This document shows positions 52,095 through 62,590 of a stretch of DNA of 64,000 bases, one piece after another. The stretch covers positions 137,077 through 201,076 of the forward strand of contig CAMVNO010000001.1 in NCBI GenBank assembly GCA_947168855.1, given 5' to 3'. The notes under the pieces are model-generated. The model was not told the origin of the DNA, searched no databases, and saw nothing but the letters and a program-made list of their open reading frames with translations. A program made the position numbers and the translations under genes. How positions within the stretch are numbered: the stretch's first letter is position 1; every line of letters begins with the position of its first letter. This DNA comes from an uncultured Clostridia bacterium (GTDB lineage: Bacteria > Bacillota > Clostridia > Christensenellales > CAG-138).

Positions 52095-54689
52095 TTATTC
52101 TCCTTTCAGCGCGTCCGTATACGAATGCAATTTCATAAAAGCGTCGATCGGCGTCATGTGTTCAAGGTCCAGTTTTGAAAGATCGTTCAGGATCGAGCGT
52201 TCCACTTTTGATTCAACAGTCGGCTGCTGTACCGAGGACTCGTTTGTGTCACGAACCAACAGATCGGACTGCTCCAGCTCTCTTAAGATCTCCTTTGCCC
52301 TTCCGATGACCGACTCCGGAAGTCCGGCAAGCTTTGCGACCTGAATGCCGAAGCTCTTGTCCGCGGAGCCGCGAACGATCTTGCGCAAAAACAGTACGTC
52401 GTCGCCGATCTCCTTCACGGTGATTCGATAATTCACAACACCTTCAAGCTTGCCTTCGAGCTCAGTCAATTCATGGTAATGCGTTGCAAACAGCGTTTTC
52501 GCGCCGCACAGGATCGGATTCGCAATATGCTCAAGAACCGCCCATGCGATCGACAAGCCGTCAAACGTGCTCGTGCCTCTGCCGATCTCGTCGAGGATCA
52601 GAAGACTGTCCTTTGTCGCGTTGTTGATGATGTTTGCCATCTCGCTCATTTCCACCATAAACGTGCTTTGCCCGGAAGCCAGGTCGTCGCTTGCGCCGAT
52701 ACGCGTAAAGATGCGATCGACAATGCCGATTTTCGCTTCGTCGGCCGGTACAAACGAGCCGATGTGCGCCATCAGCGTAATCAGAGCGACCTGCCGCATA
52801 TACGTTGATTTTCCCGCCATATTCGGTCCGGTAACGATCAAAAGTCGGTTATTCTCCAGATCAAGATTCACGTCGTTCGGAATGAAGCCGTTCTTCATAG
52901 CTCGTTCCACGATGGGATGACGACCGTTGATGATGCTGATCACAGGCGAATCCGCGATCGTCGGCATCACGTATTTGTTGGAGACGGCTACCTCTGCCAT
53001 GGAGCAATAGACATCCAGCGCTGCAAGCAGTTCAGCATCCTGCTGAAGACGTTCTGTGCAGGCGAGCAACGCTTCACGCACCTCACGGAATAATTCTGTT
53101 TCAAGCTCCAGAAGACGTTCCGTCGCGTTCAGGATCTTCTTTTCAAGTTCCTTGAGTTCGGGCGTTACATAACGCTCGGCATTAGCAAGCGTTTGTTTGC
53201 GCTCGTAATAGTACGGAACATTAGCGGCAAACGATTTGGTAACTTCAATATAGTACCCGAATACCCGGTTGTATCCGATACGCAGTGTCTTGATACCGGT
53301 CGCTTCGCGTTCGCGCGCGGCAATCTGATCAAGCATGCCCTGACTGTCTCCGGATACGGCGCGCAGTTCATCCACTTCTGCGTTATAGCCCTTCCGAATC
53401 AGTCCTCCGTCCTTGATATTGACGGGCGGATTCGGATCGATCGCCGAATCGATCAGCCCGATCACGTCGTCCATCGGATCCAGATTGCGTACGATCGAGT
53501 CGATCGCCTCCGTCGGAATCCCGCAGAGCAGCATTGTGATCGGCGTGATCTGCCGAAGCGAATTCATAAGCGCAATGCAGTCGCGTCCGTTGATCGTTCC
53601 GTATGCGATCTTGCTTGTCAGACGTTCGATATCGTAAACTCCGTCCAGGTATTCACCGAGCATTTTCCTCGTACGTAAATCCCGCACAAAGGTATCAACC
53701 GCCTGTAAACGATAGACGATATCGTTTTTCGACTGCAGCGGACAGTCGATCCAATTGCGCAGCAAACGCGCTCCCATGCTGGTTTTGGTATCGTCAAGAA
53801 GATACAGAAGCGTGCTCTTTTTACTGCCGTTGAATTGCAGCGGCTGCGTGAGCTCGAGATTCCTTCTCGTGGACGCATCAAGCTGCATAAAAGCGGAACG
53901 GTTCAAAAGCTTGATCGAATGAATGTGAGACAGCGCATTTTTCTGCGTATCTTCAAGATACGAAAGCAACGCGCCGGCAGCTCCGACGGCAAGTGTCTTC
54001 CCTTCCAGTCCGAAGCCTTTCAACGATGCCACCGCAAAATGCTGTTTCAGCCGTTTTTCAGCCTGTTCCGGATGAAACCGCACATTCGCAAGCTTTTCGA
54101 GATAATACCCGGAACGGATTCTTTTGCTCAGATACTCCTGTTCGAACAGCTGTTCATTGGCAACGATCTCCGAAGGAGAAAGACGCGCCAGTTCATCAAA
54201 CAGGATCGCTGCCGCATTGCTCCCGTATACTTCGCATGTATAAAATATGCCGGTCGAAATGTCGGAATATGCATATCCGATGCCGTTGGGCACATAATTC
54301 AGGGCAAAGATATAGTTGTTTTTGGAGCCGTCGAGCATCTTGTCCTCGATCACAGTGCCCGGTGTGATCACGCGCGTTACGGATCTGGTTACCAGTCCCT
54401 TCGCAAGCGCGGGATCCTCCATCTGCTCGCAGATTGCCACTTTGTGACCGAGAGATATCATCTTGTTGACATATGTATCCACCGCATGATACGGAACGCC
54501 GCACATCGGGGCGCGTTCCTCCAGACCGCAGTCACGTCCGGTCAGCGTCAATTCAAGAATTTTCGAGCCTTCGATGGCGTCATCAAAGAACATCTCGTAG
54601 AAATCACCGAGACGATAGAAAAGGAAGCAATCCGGATATTGCTGTTTTACTTCCATATATTGGCGCATCATCGGCGTCAATTCGCTCAT
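52095..54689 (-). CDS. mutS: DNA mismatch repair protein MutS
   Basis: TPMMRQYMEVKQQYPD, FYRLGDFYEMF, the Walker A GPNMAGKST, and DEIGRGTSTFDG. Confidence 0.95.
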   Translation of the reverse strand: MSELTPMMRQYMEVKQQYPDCFLFYRLGDFYEMFFDDAIEGSKILELTLTGRDCGLEERAPMCGVPYHAVDTYVNKMISLGHKVAICEQMEDPALAKGLVTRSVTRVITPGTVIEDKMLDGSKNNYIFALNYVPNGIGYAYSDISTGIFYTCEVYGSNAAAILFDELARLSPSEIVANEQLFEQEYLSKRIRSGYYLEKLANVRFHPEQAEKRLKQHFAVASLKGFGLEGKTLAVGAAGALLSYLEDTQKNALSHIHSIKLLNRSAFMQLDASTRRNLELTQPLQFNGSKKSTLLYLLDDTKTSMGARLLRNWIDCPLQSKNDIVYRLQAVDTFVRDLRTRKMLGEYLDGVYDIERLTSKIAYGTINGRDCIALMNSLRQITPITMLLCGIPTEAIDSIVRNLDPMDDVIGLIDSAIDPNPPVNIKDGGLIRKGYNAEVDELRAVSGDSQGMLDQIAAREREATGIKTLRIGYNRVFGYYIEVTKSFAANVPYYYERKQTLANAERYVTPELKELEKKILNATERLLELETELFREVREALLACTERLQQDAELLAALDVYCSMAEVAVSNKYVMPTIADSPVISIINGRHPIVERAMKNGFIPNDVNLDLENNRLLIVTGPNMAGKSTYMRQVALITLMAHIGSFVPADEAKIGIVDRIFTRIGASDDLASGQSTFMVEMSEMANIINNATKDSLLILDEIGRGTSTFDGLSIAWAVLEHIANPILCGAKTLFATHYHELTELEGKLEGVVNYRITVKEIGDDVLFLRKIVRGSADKSFGIQVAKLAGLPESVIGRAKEILRELEQSDLLVRDTNESSVQQPTVESKVERSILNDLSKLDLEHMTPIDAFMKLHSYTDALKGE

Positions 54690-55018
54690 TTATGTTCCTC
54701 CCGGGAATCGCACTCTTTGCTGCAGGTACTGCAGTTGCAATCGCACGGCATGGACATGATCGCTTTTTCCCGCAAAGCCTTGTCAAGCGCATCTTTAGCT
54801 GCTGCGAATTGTCTGTAAAGATCGTTCTGCGAAATCTGCGCGGACATGTATTCCACATCGTTCGTCAATCGAATCGCTTCCTGCGCATCGTAATCCGGAT
54901 CCTGCAAAAGATCCATCAGCTGCTTGGTTTCGCTCTGATACGCGTCGATCAGCGCCATCAACGGCTGATCCGCCTTGACTTTCTCACTCAGTTCCAGATA
55001 GTGTTTCAGTTCATGCAT
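54686..55018 (-). CDS. YlbF/YmcA-family regulatory protein
   Basis: 110-aa helical protein with a C-terminal Cys cluster, lying between miaB and mutS as ymcA does in Bacillus. Confidence 0.6.
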   Translation of the reverse strand: MHELKHYLELSEKVKADQPLMALIDAYQSETKQLMDLLQDPDYDAQEAIRLTNDVEYMSAQISQNDLYRQFAAAKDALDKALREKAIMSMPCDCNCSTCSKECDSREEHK

Positions 55019-56420
55019 CGATCATTTCTCCCAACAATGAATTCTTATTTGCTTTCGTGACTTTTACGGTGACATAACGGTTCAGAAGCTCTTTGCATCC
55101 GGGGAAATAGACCATCTTGAAATTCTGATATTTCCCATACAGCATGGTTTCTTCCCCGCGTTCATCGCATCCTTCCACGAGGACTTCACCGATATGCCCG
55201 ATATATTTTAGATTGTTCTCAACGGTTTTTCGCGCCTGCAGTTCGTTCAATGCTTTTAACCGCTGCTTTTTAACGGATTCCGGGATCTGGTCCTCCATTC
55301 TTGCGGCGACCGTCCCCAACCTCGGTGAATACGCAAACGTGAAAGCGGCGGCAAACCCGACCTCCTCAACGAGCGACAGGGTATCCGAGAACGCTTCTTC
55401 CGTTTCGCCGGGGAATCCGACGATGATATCCGTTGTAAACTCGATATCCGGAACCAACTCGCGAAGGCGGGAAACGATAGACAGATAGTGTTCTCTTGTA
55501 TATCTGCGGTTCATTCGTTTCAGGATCTCATTATTGCCCGACTGAACCGGAAGATGTACATGATGACATACGTTGCCCAACGAAGCGATCGCCTGCATCA
55601 CATCTTCGTTCAGGTCCTTCGGATGTGAAGACATGAATCGGATGCGTTTTAAGCCGGGTACATCTGAAACATAGCGCAAAAGATCGGCAAATCGCATGCC
55701 TGCAGAACCGTCGTTCCCGTAGGAATTCACATTCTGACCCAGCAATGTGATTTCCGTGATGCCGGAGTCTGTAAGCGAAACAATCTCGTTTCGGATATCC
55801 TCAGGCTTTCTGGAACGCTCATGTCCTCTGACATACGGCACGATGCAGTAAGAGCAATAGTTATCGCATCCGTACATGATGTTTACAAACGCGCTTCTTT
55901 CGTTGTCGCGCAGTTTCGGCAGGTCTTCCGCGATTGCATCATCTGCGCGATCCGTCACGGCGATCCGTTCACCGTTCAATACTGCGCGAAGCATTTCGGG
56001 GAACCGATGCAGCACATTCGTTCCGAAAATCAGACTGACATGCGGAAACCGCTTCAAAAGCTTTTTTGCCATATCCTGCTGCTGCATCATGCAGCCGCAG
56101 ATCCCGATGATCATCCCGGGGTTCGCGTCTTTCAGCTCTTTCAGCGCGCCGATATTACCCATCAGCCGCTTTTCCGCATGTTCTCTCACGCAGCAGGTAT
56201 TAAAAAGGATCAAATCTGCTGTTTCTTTATCTGCGGCTTCCTGATATCCGATGAGCGAAAGCCAGCCCTTGATCGTTTCACTGTCGCGAACATTCATTTG
56301 ACATCCGAATGTTTCCACAAAAAACTTCAGATTGCGCGCTCGGATCTCCTGAGACAGCGCTGAAGCAATTTGCTTTTGTTCCGTCAATTCCTGTTCCGAA
56401 ATGAAAGAATTCGTCTTCAT
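55011..56420 (-). CDS. miaB: tRNA 2-methylthio-N6-dimethylallyladenosine synthase
   Basis: UPF0004 domain FVETFGCQMN. Radical-SAM motif GCDNYCSYCIVP. C-terminal TRAM domain. The ATG at 56420 follows GGAGA; an alternative start lies at 56435. Confidence 0.9.
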   Translation of the reverse strand: MKTNSFISEQELTEQKQIASALSQEIRARNLKFFVETFGCQMNVRDSETIKGWLSLIGYQEAADKETADLILFNTCCVREHAEKRLMGNIGALKELKDANPGMIIGICGCMMQQQDMAKKLLKRFPHVSLIFGTNVLHRFPEMLRAVLNGERIAVTDRADDAIAEDLPKLRDNERSAFVNIMYGCDNYCSYCIVPYVRGHERSRKPEDIRNEIVSLTDSGITEITLLGQNVNSYGNDGSAGMRFADLLRYVSDVPGLKRIRFMSSHPKDLNEDVMQAIASLGNVCHHVHLPVQSGNNEILKRMNRRYTREHYLSIVSRLRELVPDIEFTTDIIVGFPGETEEAFSDTLSLVEEVGFAAAFTFAYSPRLGTVAARMEDQIPESVKKQRLKALNELQARKTVENNLKYIGHIGEVLVEGCDERGEETMLYGKYQNFKMVYFPGCKELLNRYVTVKVTKANKNSLLGEMIDA

Positions 56421-56573
56421 TCTGCAATTCTCCATAAAATATCAATTTATTATACACCACTTCACAGGATCATTCAAGAACGTTTTCATCGAACTGTTAC
56501 AGATTTTTCCGTTCATATTTTTACGAACTTTGCAGAAATTAAGGGTATCAAAGCCGACAAGGAGGTGAAACAC

Positions 56574-56771
56574 ATGGCACGCAACAGCAACAGCAACACG
56601 TCTTCCGATTCCAAGAACAAGCTGCAGTCCTTCAAGAGCGAAGTCGCTTCTTCTTTGAATATCGACCTGAAGCAGGGCTATAACGGCGATCTGACTTCGC
56701 GCGAAGCGGGCAGCATCGGCGGCGAGATGGTGAAGCGAATGATCGCTTATGCCGAAAAGAATCTTCACTGA
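56574..56771 (+). CDS. small acid-soluble spore protein, alpha/beta type
   Basis: KLQSFKSEVASSLNIDLKQGYNGDLTSREAGSIGGEMVKRMI is the SASP signature. AAGGAGG RBS. Confidence 0.9.
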   Translation: MARNSNSNTSSDSKNKLQSFKSEVASSLNIDLKQGYNGDLTSREAGSIGGEMVKRMIAYAEKNLH

Positions 56772-56791
56772 AGAGAAAGGAGAAACCAGTC

Positions 56792-57004
56792 ATGAGCAGA
56801 AACGGAGCTTTGATTCCCGAAAGCAAGCAGGCGCTTCAGAATTTCAAGTATGAAGTCGCCAACTCTCTGAACGTTGATCTGAAGCAGGGCTATAACGGCG
56901 ATCTGACCTCGCGCGAAGCAGGTTCGGTCGGCGGTGAAATGGTCAAGCGTATGATCTCATACGCCCAGAACAACATGAACGGATCTTCGTCCATGATGAG
57001 ATAA
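56792..57004 (+). CDS. small acid-soluble spore protein, alpha/beta type
   Basis: ALQNFKYEVANSLNVDLKQGYNGDLTSREAGSVGGEMVKRMI. Tandem paralog of the previous gene. Confidence 0.9.
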   Translation: MSRNGALIPESKQALQNFKYEVANSLNVDLKQGYNGDLTSREAGSVGGEMVKRMISYAQNNMNGSSSMMR

Positions 57005-57019
57005 ATCCATACGGAAGAT

Positions 57020-57045
57020 AAAATCGCCGAAGCACCGGCGATTTT
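57020..57045. terminator. bidirectional terminator between the SASP genes and recG
   Basis: AAAATCGCCG-AAGCAC-CGGCGATTTT, a 10-bp stem with A/T runs on both sides. Confidence 0.8.
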
Positions 57046-57046
57046 A

Positions 57047-59032
57047 TCAATTATGCGCAATTTGCTGCATCGTCTTGAATCGGTTTTGCGCTTTTTCCAA
57101 CAACGCATTGTATTGTATCGTCGGGAGCGCCGAAATCTCTTCCGCTGCTTTGGAAGCGGCTTCCAGAATCTCTACCGTACAGCCGGACAGGATGCCTGCC
57201 ATTACGCCGTCTCCGCTCTGTCTTACGCCGAATAAGTCTCCGCTGCCGCGCATATCCAGATCCTTCTGTGCGATCACAAAGCCGTCGCCGCTTTGCAGCA
57301 TGATCTCCATCCGCTGTTTCGCCTGTTCCGTCATCTTTTGGGCAAGCAGATAGCAATGCGATTGCTTGTCTCCCCTTCCGACTCTTCCCCTGAGCTGATG
57401 CAATGTGGCAAGTCCGAAATGATCCGCGCCCTCGATCACCATTGACGTTGCCTCAGGTACATCTACGCCGACCTCTACGACGGTTGTGGAAATCAATATC
57501 GAAACGGATCCGCTTCGGAATTCGTCCATAACACGGCGTTTATCCGTTTCGGTCATCTGCCCGTGCAGCGTTCCGATCGCTGTATTCGGAAGCATTGCTT
57601 TTATCTCTGCAGACAATTCTTCTAAAGAAAGCCCCTCGTATCCTTCTGTCGGTTCAATCAAAGGGCATACAACATAAGCGCGTTCATTGTGTTCTGCGGA
57701 TTCCGCAAGATGCCGATAGAGATCGTGTCGTCTTGCCTGCGTTACAAAATGCGTTTTGATCGGTTTTCGTCCCGGCGGCAGCATGTCGATCACCGAAAGA
57801 TCCAGATCCGCATAGAGCAAAAGCGCGAGCGTCCGAGGAATCGGCGTGGCTGACATCACCATGACATCGGGGCAGAGGCCCTTTGTCTCAATCTTCGCAC
57901 GCTGCAGGACGCCGAAGCGATGCTGTTCGTCTGTGATAACCAGACCGAGATCCCGGAATCTGACCGTTTCCGAAAGGAGAGCATGCGTGCCGATCACAAC
58001 ACGGCATTCACCGTTTGCAATCTGTGCCGAAAGGGTGTTCTTCTCCTTCGCAGTTAAACTGCCGGTATAAAGAACCGCATCCGGAAAGCGCTTTTTCAGC
58101 GTATGATAGTGCTGTTCCGCAAGCAATTCCGTCGGTGCAAGCATCACACCCTGTTTACCGTTTGCTGCCGCGATATATAACGCGTACTCCGCGATCAGAG
58201 TTTTCCCGCTGCCAACATCGCCCTGAATGAGGCGATTCATCGGCATATGCTCCCGCATATCCGATTCCACTTCGCGCAGCACACGCATCTGAGCTTCCGT
58301 CGGCGCGAACGGTATTGTTTTCAAAAACGTCGAAAGCGTATGATCCGTACGGAACGCGAATCCGTTTTTATATTCTCGTTCATGCTTTGCTGTACGAATC
58401 GCCGTAAAATACAGGAATGTCTGTTCGAAAGAAACTCTGCGTTTTGCTGCGTTCAGCGCATTAGCGGAAGATGGAAAATGGATCTCATGCAGCGCTGTTC
58501 GATAGTTGATCAGATGATACCGTGAAAGCCAGTCTTCAGGCAGCGTTTCGGAGATCTCGCATGTATCGAGGATTTCTTTGACAGCGGCATGTATCGCAGT
58601 CTGCGTCAATCCCTTAACCGATTCATAGATCGGTATAATTCCCCCGCCCGCTTGATTGATCTGCGGATTGTAAATCGCCGCGCCTCTTTTTCTGTTAACA
58701 ACGCCGTTTGCGAAAATCACATCGCCGGAATGAAACTGATTCATCCGATACGGTTGATTCATCCATCGAAGCGTCACTTTTCCGCTTGCATCCGCAATAC
58801 GAAGCGAGACGATGTACTTCCCTTTGTAATAGAACACCGTCGGATCTGCCTGTGCCGTTCCGCAGATCGAAACCCGTTCGCCATCCTTTGCGTCGCGGAT
58901 CGGAATGATTTGTGTATAATCAAGATACTCCCGCGGATAAAACTCTAATAGATCCGTCGGCGTATGAATTCCAAGCTCTGCAAATAAGGCAGCGCGTTTC
59001 GGTCCGATTCCTTTGAGATCAATCAGTTCCAT
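57047..59032 (-). CDS. recG: ATP-dependent DNA helicase RecG
   Basis: Wedge/OB N-terminus. GDVGSGKT (Walker A), DEQHRFG (DEQH box), and helicase C motifs TTVVEVGVDVPEA and QLRGRVGRG. Confidence 0.95.
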   Translation of the reverse strand: MELIDLKGIGPKRAALFAELGIHTPTDLLEFYPREYLDYTQIIPIRDAKDGERVSICGTAQADPTVFYYKGKYIVSLRIADASGKVTLRWMNQPYRMNQFHSGDVIFANGVVNRKRGAAIYNPQINQAGGGIIPIYESVKGLTQTAIHAAVKEILDTCEISETLPEDWLSRYHLINYRTALHEIHFPSSANALNAAKRRVSFEQTFLYFTAIRTAKHEREYKNGFAFRTDHTLSTFLKTIPFAPTEAQMRVLREVESDMREHMPMNRLIQGDVGSGKTLIAEYALYIAAANGKQGVMLAPTELLAEQHYHTLKKRFPDAVLYTGSLTAKEKNTLSAQIANGECRVVIGTHALLSETVRFRDLGLVITDEQHRFGVLQRAKIETKGLCPDVMVMSATPIPRTLALLLYADLDLSVIDMLPPGRKPIKTHFVTQARRHDLYRHLAESAEHNERAYVVCPLIEPTEGYEGLSLEELSAEIKAMLPNTAIGTLHGQMTETDKRRVMDEFRSGSVSILISTTVVEVGVDVPEATSMVIEGADHFGLATLHQLRGRVGRGDKQSHCYLLAQKMTEQAKQRMEIMLQSGDGFVIAQKDLDMRGSGDLFGVRQSGDGVMAGILSGCTVEILEAASKAAEEISALPTIQYNALLEKAQNRFKTMQQIAHN

Positions 59033-59033
59033 A

Positions 59034-59056
59034 CAAAAAAGCCGCCTTCCGGCGGC
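59034..59056 (-). terminator. hairpin plus T-run after the DAK2 gene (minus strand)
   Basis: GCCGCC-TTCC-GGCGGC, with an A6 run on the plus strand that reads as T6 on the minus strand, directly upstream of the recG start. Confidence 0.55.
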
Positions 59057-59065
59057 TCGTATCCG

Positions 59066-60721
59066 TCATTCAACAGAAAGGTAATAATAGTATAACGGTT
59101 GACCGCCTCTTGCAACGATGAACTCCGCATCTTCGAATTGCTCCTGCAGATGCTCGGAAAGCGCAATCGCGTCCTGCTCTTCCACTGCATCGCCGAAATA
59201 CAGATTGACGATCGGATCCTCAATTTTACGTTTTTCGATCATGCAGCGGATCACCTTTTCAACCGTCTGATTCACATCGGGAGAGACTGCCGCTATATCA
59301 TTGTCGACGATGCCGATGATATCGCCTTCTTTGATATCATTGCCGTTATAATGCGTTTCGCGAATTGCGTAGGTCACCGCGCCGGAAACGATCTCGTTGA
59401 TCGCATCCTGCATGTTTTCACGGTTTTCTTCCAAAGAAAGATCCGGATTGAACGCCATCGCTGCGGCAATCCCCTGCGGAATCGTCTTTGTCGGCAAAAC
59501 GATCACATTGCATGAGCAAAGATTCTGCGCCTGCTGTGCCGCAAGAATGATGTTGGAATTGTTCGGCAGAACGAACACGTTCCGAGCGTTGCATTGACCG
59601 ACCGCATTGACGATGGTGTCGATGCTGGGATTCATCGTCTGTCCGCCGGAAATGATCCGATCGACAAAGAAATTGCGGAATATGTCGTCGATCCCGTCGC
59701 CTGCGCTGACCGCAATGATGCCGTATTCTTTCTCGTTGCGTTTCTTTTGCTCGAGAAGCTGACGGTTCTGTTCGCGCATGTTCTCGATTTTCAAACGATC
59801 CAGCTCGCCGTACCGCATCGCAAACTGCAGGATTTTACCCGGGCAGTTGGAATGGACGTGGACCTTGACAAAGTCATCCCCCGCCGCGACAACAACGGAA
59901 TCGCCGACGCGAACGAGATGATCGCGCAGTTTTTCAAGATCTTCCTCGGAGAAGCCGTCGATCAGCCGAACGATGAAAAACTCCGTGCAATAGCCGAATT
60001 CGATGTCTTCCGTAGAGAAATGATCGAGATTGGCTCCCTCTTCATCAAGTTCTTCCTCTTCCGGTTTTGTATCTTCCTCGATGTCGGGAAGATCCTCTCC
60101 CATCAGAACCGCCTTGAACCCGCGGTAAACGGTCAGAAGGCCGAAGCCGCCGCTGTCCACAACGCCCGCTTCCTTGAGAACGGGAAGAAGATTCGGCGTA
60201 TTGTCGAGCGCTTCCTGCCCTACCTCAAGAATGTGATCGATAAAAGCTTCCAAGGATACGCCGGATGATTTCTTGATGAACGCGAGCGCATCCTGTGAAA
60301 TCATGCGCGATACCGTTAAGATCGTGCCTTCTTTCGGGCGCAGAACAGCCTTGTATGCCGCATTGGTACCCGTTTCAAGCGCGTCGGCAAGCATCGACAG
60401 GTTGATCTCTTTTTGCCCCTTGCATACCTGCTGATATCCACGGAAAAGCTGAGAGAGAATAACGCCGGAATTGCCGCGCGCATTCTTCAGAGCGCCGAGA
60501 GAAACCGCGTCCATTACCTCGCCGACCGATACGGAATCCGGCATGCTGCGCAGGTCCTTGATCGCGCCCTGCATGGTCATAGACATATTGGTCCCTGTGT
60601 CGCCGTCCGGGACGGGAAACACATTCAGCGAATCAATATATGCTTTATTCTTTTCAAGATTGGCAGCGCCGCCTAAGAACAGATCCCGCAGAAGCGCGCC
60701 GCTGATACTGTGATTGTTCAA
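59066..60721 (-). CDS. DAK2-domain fusion protein YloV
   Basis: LNVFPVPDGDTGTNM and the DAK2 N-terminus, plus a DegV-like C-terminal half. Conserved neighbourhood with asp23 and recG. Confidence 0.85.
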   Translation of the reverse strand: MNNHSISGALLRDLFLGGAANLEKNKAYIDSLNVFPVPDGDTGTNMSMTMQGAIKDLRSMPDSVSVGEVMDAVSLGALKNARGNSGVILSQLFRGYQQVCKGQKEINLSMLADALETGTNAAYKAVLRPKEGTILTVSRMISQDALAFIKKSSGVSLEAFIDHILEVGQEALDNTPNLLPVLKEAGVVDSGGFGLLTVYRGFKAVLMGEDLPDIEEDTKPEEEELDEEGANLDHFSTEDIEFGYCTEFFIVRLIDGFSEEDLEKLRDHLVRVGDSVVVAAGDDFVKVHVHSNCPGKILQFAMRYGELDRLKIENMREQNRQLLEQKKRNEKEYGIIAVSAGDGIDDIFRNFFVDRIISGGQTMNPSIDTIVNAVGQCNARNVFVLPNNSNIILAAQQAQNLCSCNVIVLPTKTIPQGIAAAMAFNPDLSLEENRENMQDAINEIVSGAVTYAIRETHYNGNDIKEGDIIGIVDNDIAAVSPDVNQTVEKVIRCMIEKRKIEDPIVNLYFGDAVEEQDAIALSEHLQEQFEDAEFIVARGGQPLYYYYLSVE

Positions 60722-60744
60722 TGCTCTAACCCTCCGAGATTCGC

Positions 60745-61101
60745 TTACTGTACGCGAATACTTTCCACAAAGATATTCACGCTGCGAACGGATACTCCGG
60801 TCAGATCCTCAATCCGATACCGTACGTTTTGCTTTGTGTTCTGAGATACCGCAGGAAGCGATACGCCGTACTGCAGCGCAACATGCAGCGAAATGTCAAC
60901 CTGCTCGTCGTCGGTTTTTTCGACAAGAACACCCTTCTGCAGATTCTCTCTTCCGAATAATTCTACGATCGCATCGCCGGCGCTTCTTGCGCACATGCCG
61001 ACAATGCCGTAATTTTCCACCGCGGCGTATCCGGCAATCGTTGCAATCAAATCTTCCGAAACGGAGATTGTTCCCATTTCATTCACGACAGAAATCGCCA
61101 T
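60745..61101 (-). CDS. Asp23/Gls24-family envelope stress protein
   Basis: VSEDLIATIAGYAAVENYGIVGM...V.V.V..I.V, 118 aa. Confidence 0.85.
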   Translation of the reverse strand: MAISVVNEMGTISVSEDLIATIAGYAAVENYGIVGMCARSAGDAIVELFGRENLQKGVLVEKTDDEQVDISLHVALQYGVSLPAVSQNTKQNVRYRIEDLTGVSVRSVNIFVESIRVQ

Positions 61102-61151
61102 GATAGAACCTCCTTTTCTATTCTATAATACTTACTGTAAATGATTCGTTT

Positions 61152-61886
61152 TTATTCTTCCCATACGCCGTTATGGAAAACTTCCTGCACGTCGTCGTTA
61201 TCGTCGAGGCGCTCCAGAAATCTTTCGATCTTTTCGATCGTTTCGGCGTCGGTGATGTTCGTGGTGTTCTTCGGGATCTGTCCGATCTCTGCCGAAAGGA
61301 ATGTAAACCCGAGCTTTTCCAAGCCTTCGCGAACTGCCGAGAAATCCATGGGTGCAGTATAAACCTCGAACGCGTCTTCCTGTGCGATGAAATCCTCAGC
61401 GCCTGCATCCAATGCCTGCATCATGACCTCGTCTTCGTCCATCAGCGCCGTACGCTCAATGACGATCAGTCCCTTTTTATCGAACATCCATGCAACGGAA
61501 CCGGAAGCGCCCATATTGCCGCCGCTCTTCGAGAAGATGTGCCGCATTTCGGCCGCAATGCGGTTGCGGTTATCGGTCAGAACATTGACTATGACAGCGA
61601 TGTTGCCGGGACCGTAGCCTTCGTATACGACCTCTTCGTAATCGACGCTGTTGCCGTCGCCGCTTGCTTTCTTGATCGAACGATTGATATTGTCGTTCGG
61701 CATGTTGGCTGCCTTCGCTTTCGCAATCACGTCGCGAAGTTTGGAGTTGTTTGCAGGATCTGCGCCGCCGCCTTCTTTCACGGCGATAGCGATCTCACGA
61801 CCGATCTTCGTAAATATCTTACCCTTTTGTGCGTCTGTTTTTTCTTTTTTGTTTTTGATGTTTGCCCACTTGGAATGTCCGGACAT
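61152..61886 (-). CDS. YebC/PmpR-family transcriptional regulator
   Basis: MSGHSKWANIKNKK...KGKIFTKIGREI is the hallmark N-terminus. Confidence 0.9.
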   Translation of the reverse strand: MSGHSKWANIKNKKEKTDAQKGKIFTKIGREIAIAVKEGGGADPANNSKLRDVIAKAKAANMPNDNINRSIKKASGDGNSVDYEEVVYEGYGPGNIAVIVNVLTDNRNRIAAEMRHIFSKSGGNMGASGSVAWMFDKKGLIVIERTALMDEDEVMMQALDAGAEDFIAQEDAFEVYTAPMDFSAVREGLEKLGFTFLSAEIGQIPKNTTNITDAETIEKIERFLERLDDNDDVQEVFHNGVWEE

Positions 61887-61924
61887 ATCAATTCCTCCTA
61901 ATTCATCTCAATCTATTCAAAGAA

Positions 61925-62590
61925 TCACAGCAATTCAGCCGCTGCTTCATCTAAAACAAATGTGGCTCGCGGGTGGAGTCTCAAAGCCGCCAAAGGCGAT
62001 TCCGTGATGCTGCCTTGCAGCATTGTTTTGACCGCGGCGGAAGCGTCTTTTCCCGTTGCAACAACAATGGGATGCCTGCACTGCATCAGCACATTCAACC
62101 CTGCCGTAATAAACCTATCGCCGCCCGACACTTCCGTATGCGTTGCGGGATTGCTCGCAGCGGAACGGTTCATCAGAAGCGCGCCGTCATGGCGCACCGC
62201 AATCAGCGCGACGTCCAATCCGCCTTCTTCAAGGATCGTTTTCTCAAAGATCTGCGCCGTCTCTTCAGGTGTGTGATCGGAAGAGAAAGGCACGATATAC
62301 TGGTCTTCGCTGATATCGGTTCTTGCAAACAGAGCTTTGCCAAGCAAATTGGCAATGTGCTGTTCGCCCGAGTCATCCGGTAAAAACTCAAGCAGCTGAT
62401 AGACATGCGCGTCATTCCACGCAAGAAGACCGTTTTCGGTCATTGCGGAAAGCGATTCATATACCGGCTGCAGAGATTCATGACAGTCGACACCGACAAC
62501 GCAGGGAGCCTCTGCAAGAATATGTGACGCGAGCAACGTCGCTGCGCATACGCCGACCGTTTTATGATCCGAATAAATCAGGACGCTCAT
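61925..62590 (-). CDS. NagB/6-phosphogluconolactonase-family protein (divergent)
   Basis: 221 aa. GGLDVALIAVRHDGALLMN and TGKDASAAVKTML..SPLAALRLH resemble the Glucosamine_iso fold. Confidence 0.5.
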   Translation of the reverse strand: MSVLIYSDHKTVGVCAATLLASHILAEAPCVVGVDCHESLQPVYESLSAMTENGLLAWNDAHVYQLLEFLPDDSGEQHIANLLGKALFARTDISEDQYIVPFSSDHTPEETAQIFEKTILEEGGLDVALIAVRHDGALLMNRSAASNPATHTEVSGGDRFITAGLNVLMQCRHPIVVATGKDASAAVKTMLQGSITESPLAALRLHPRATFVLDEAAAELL

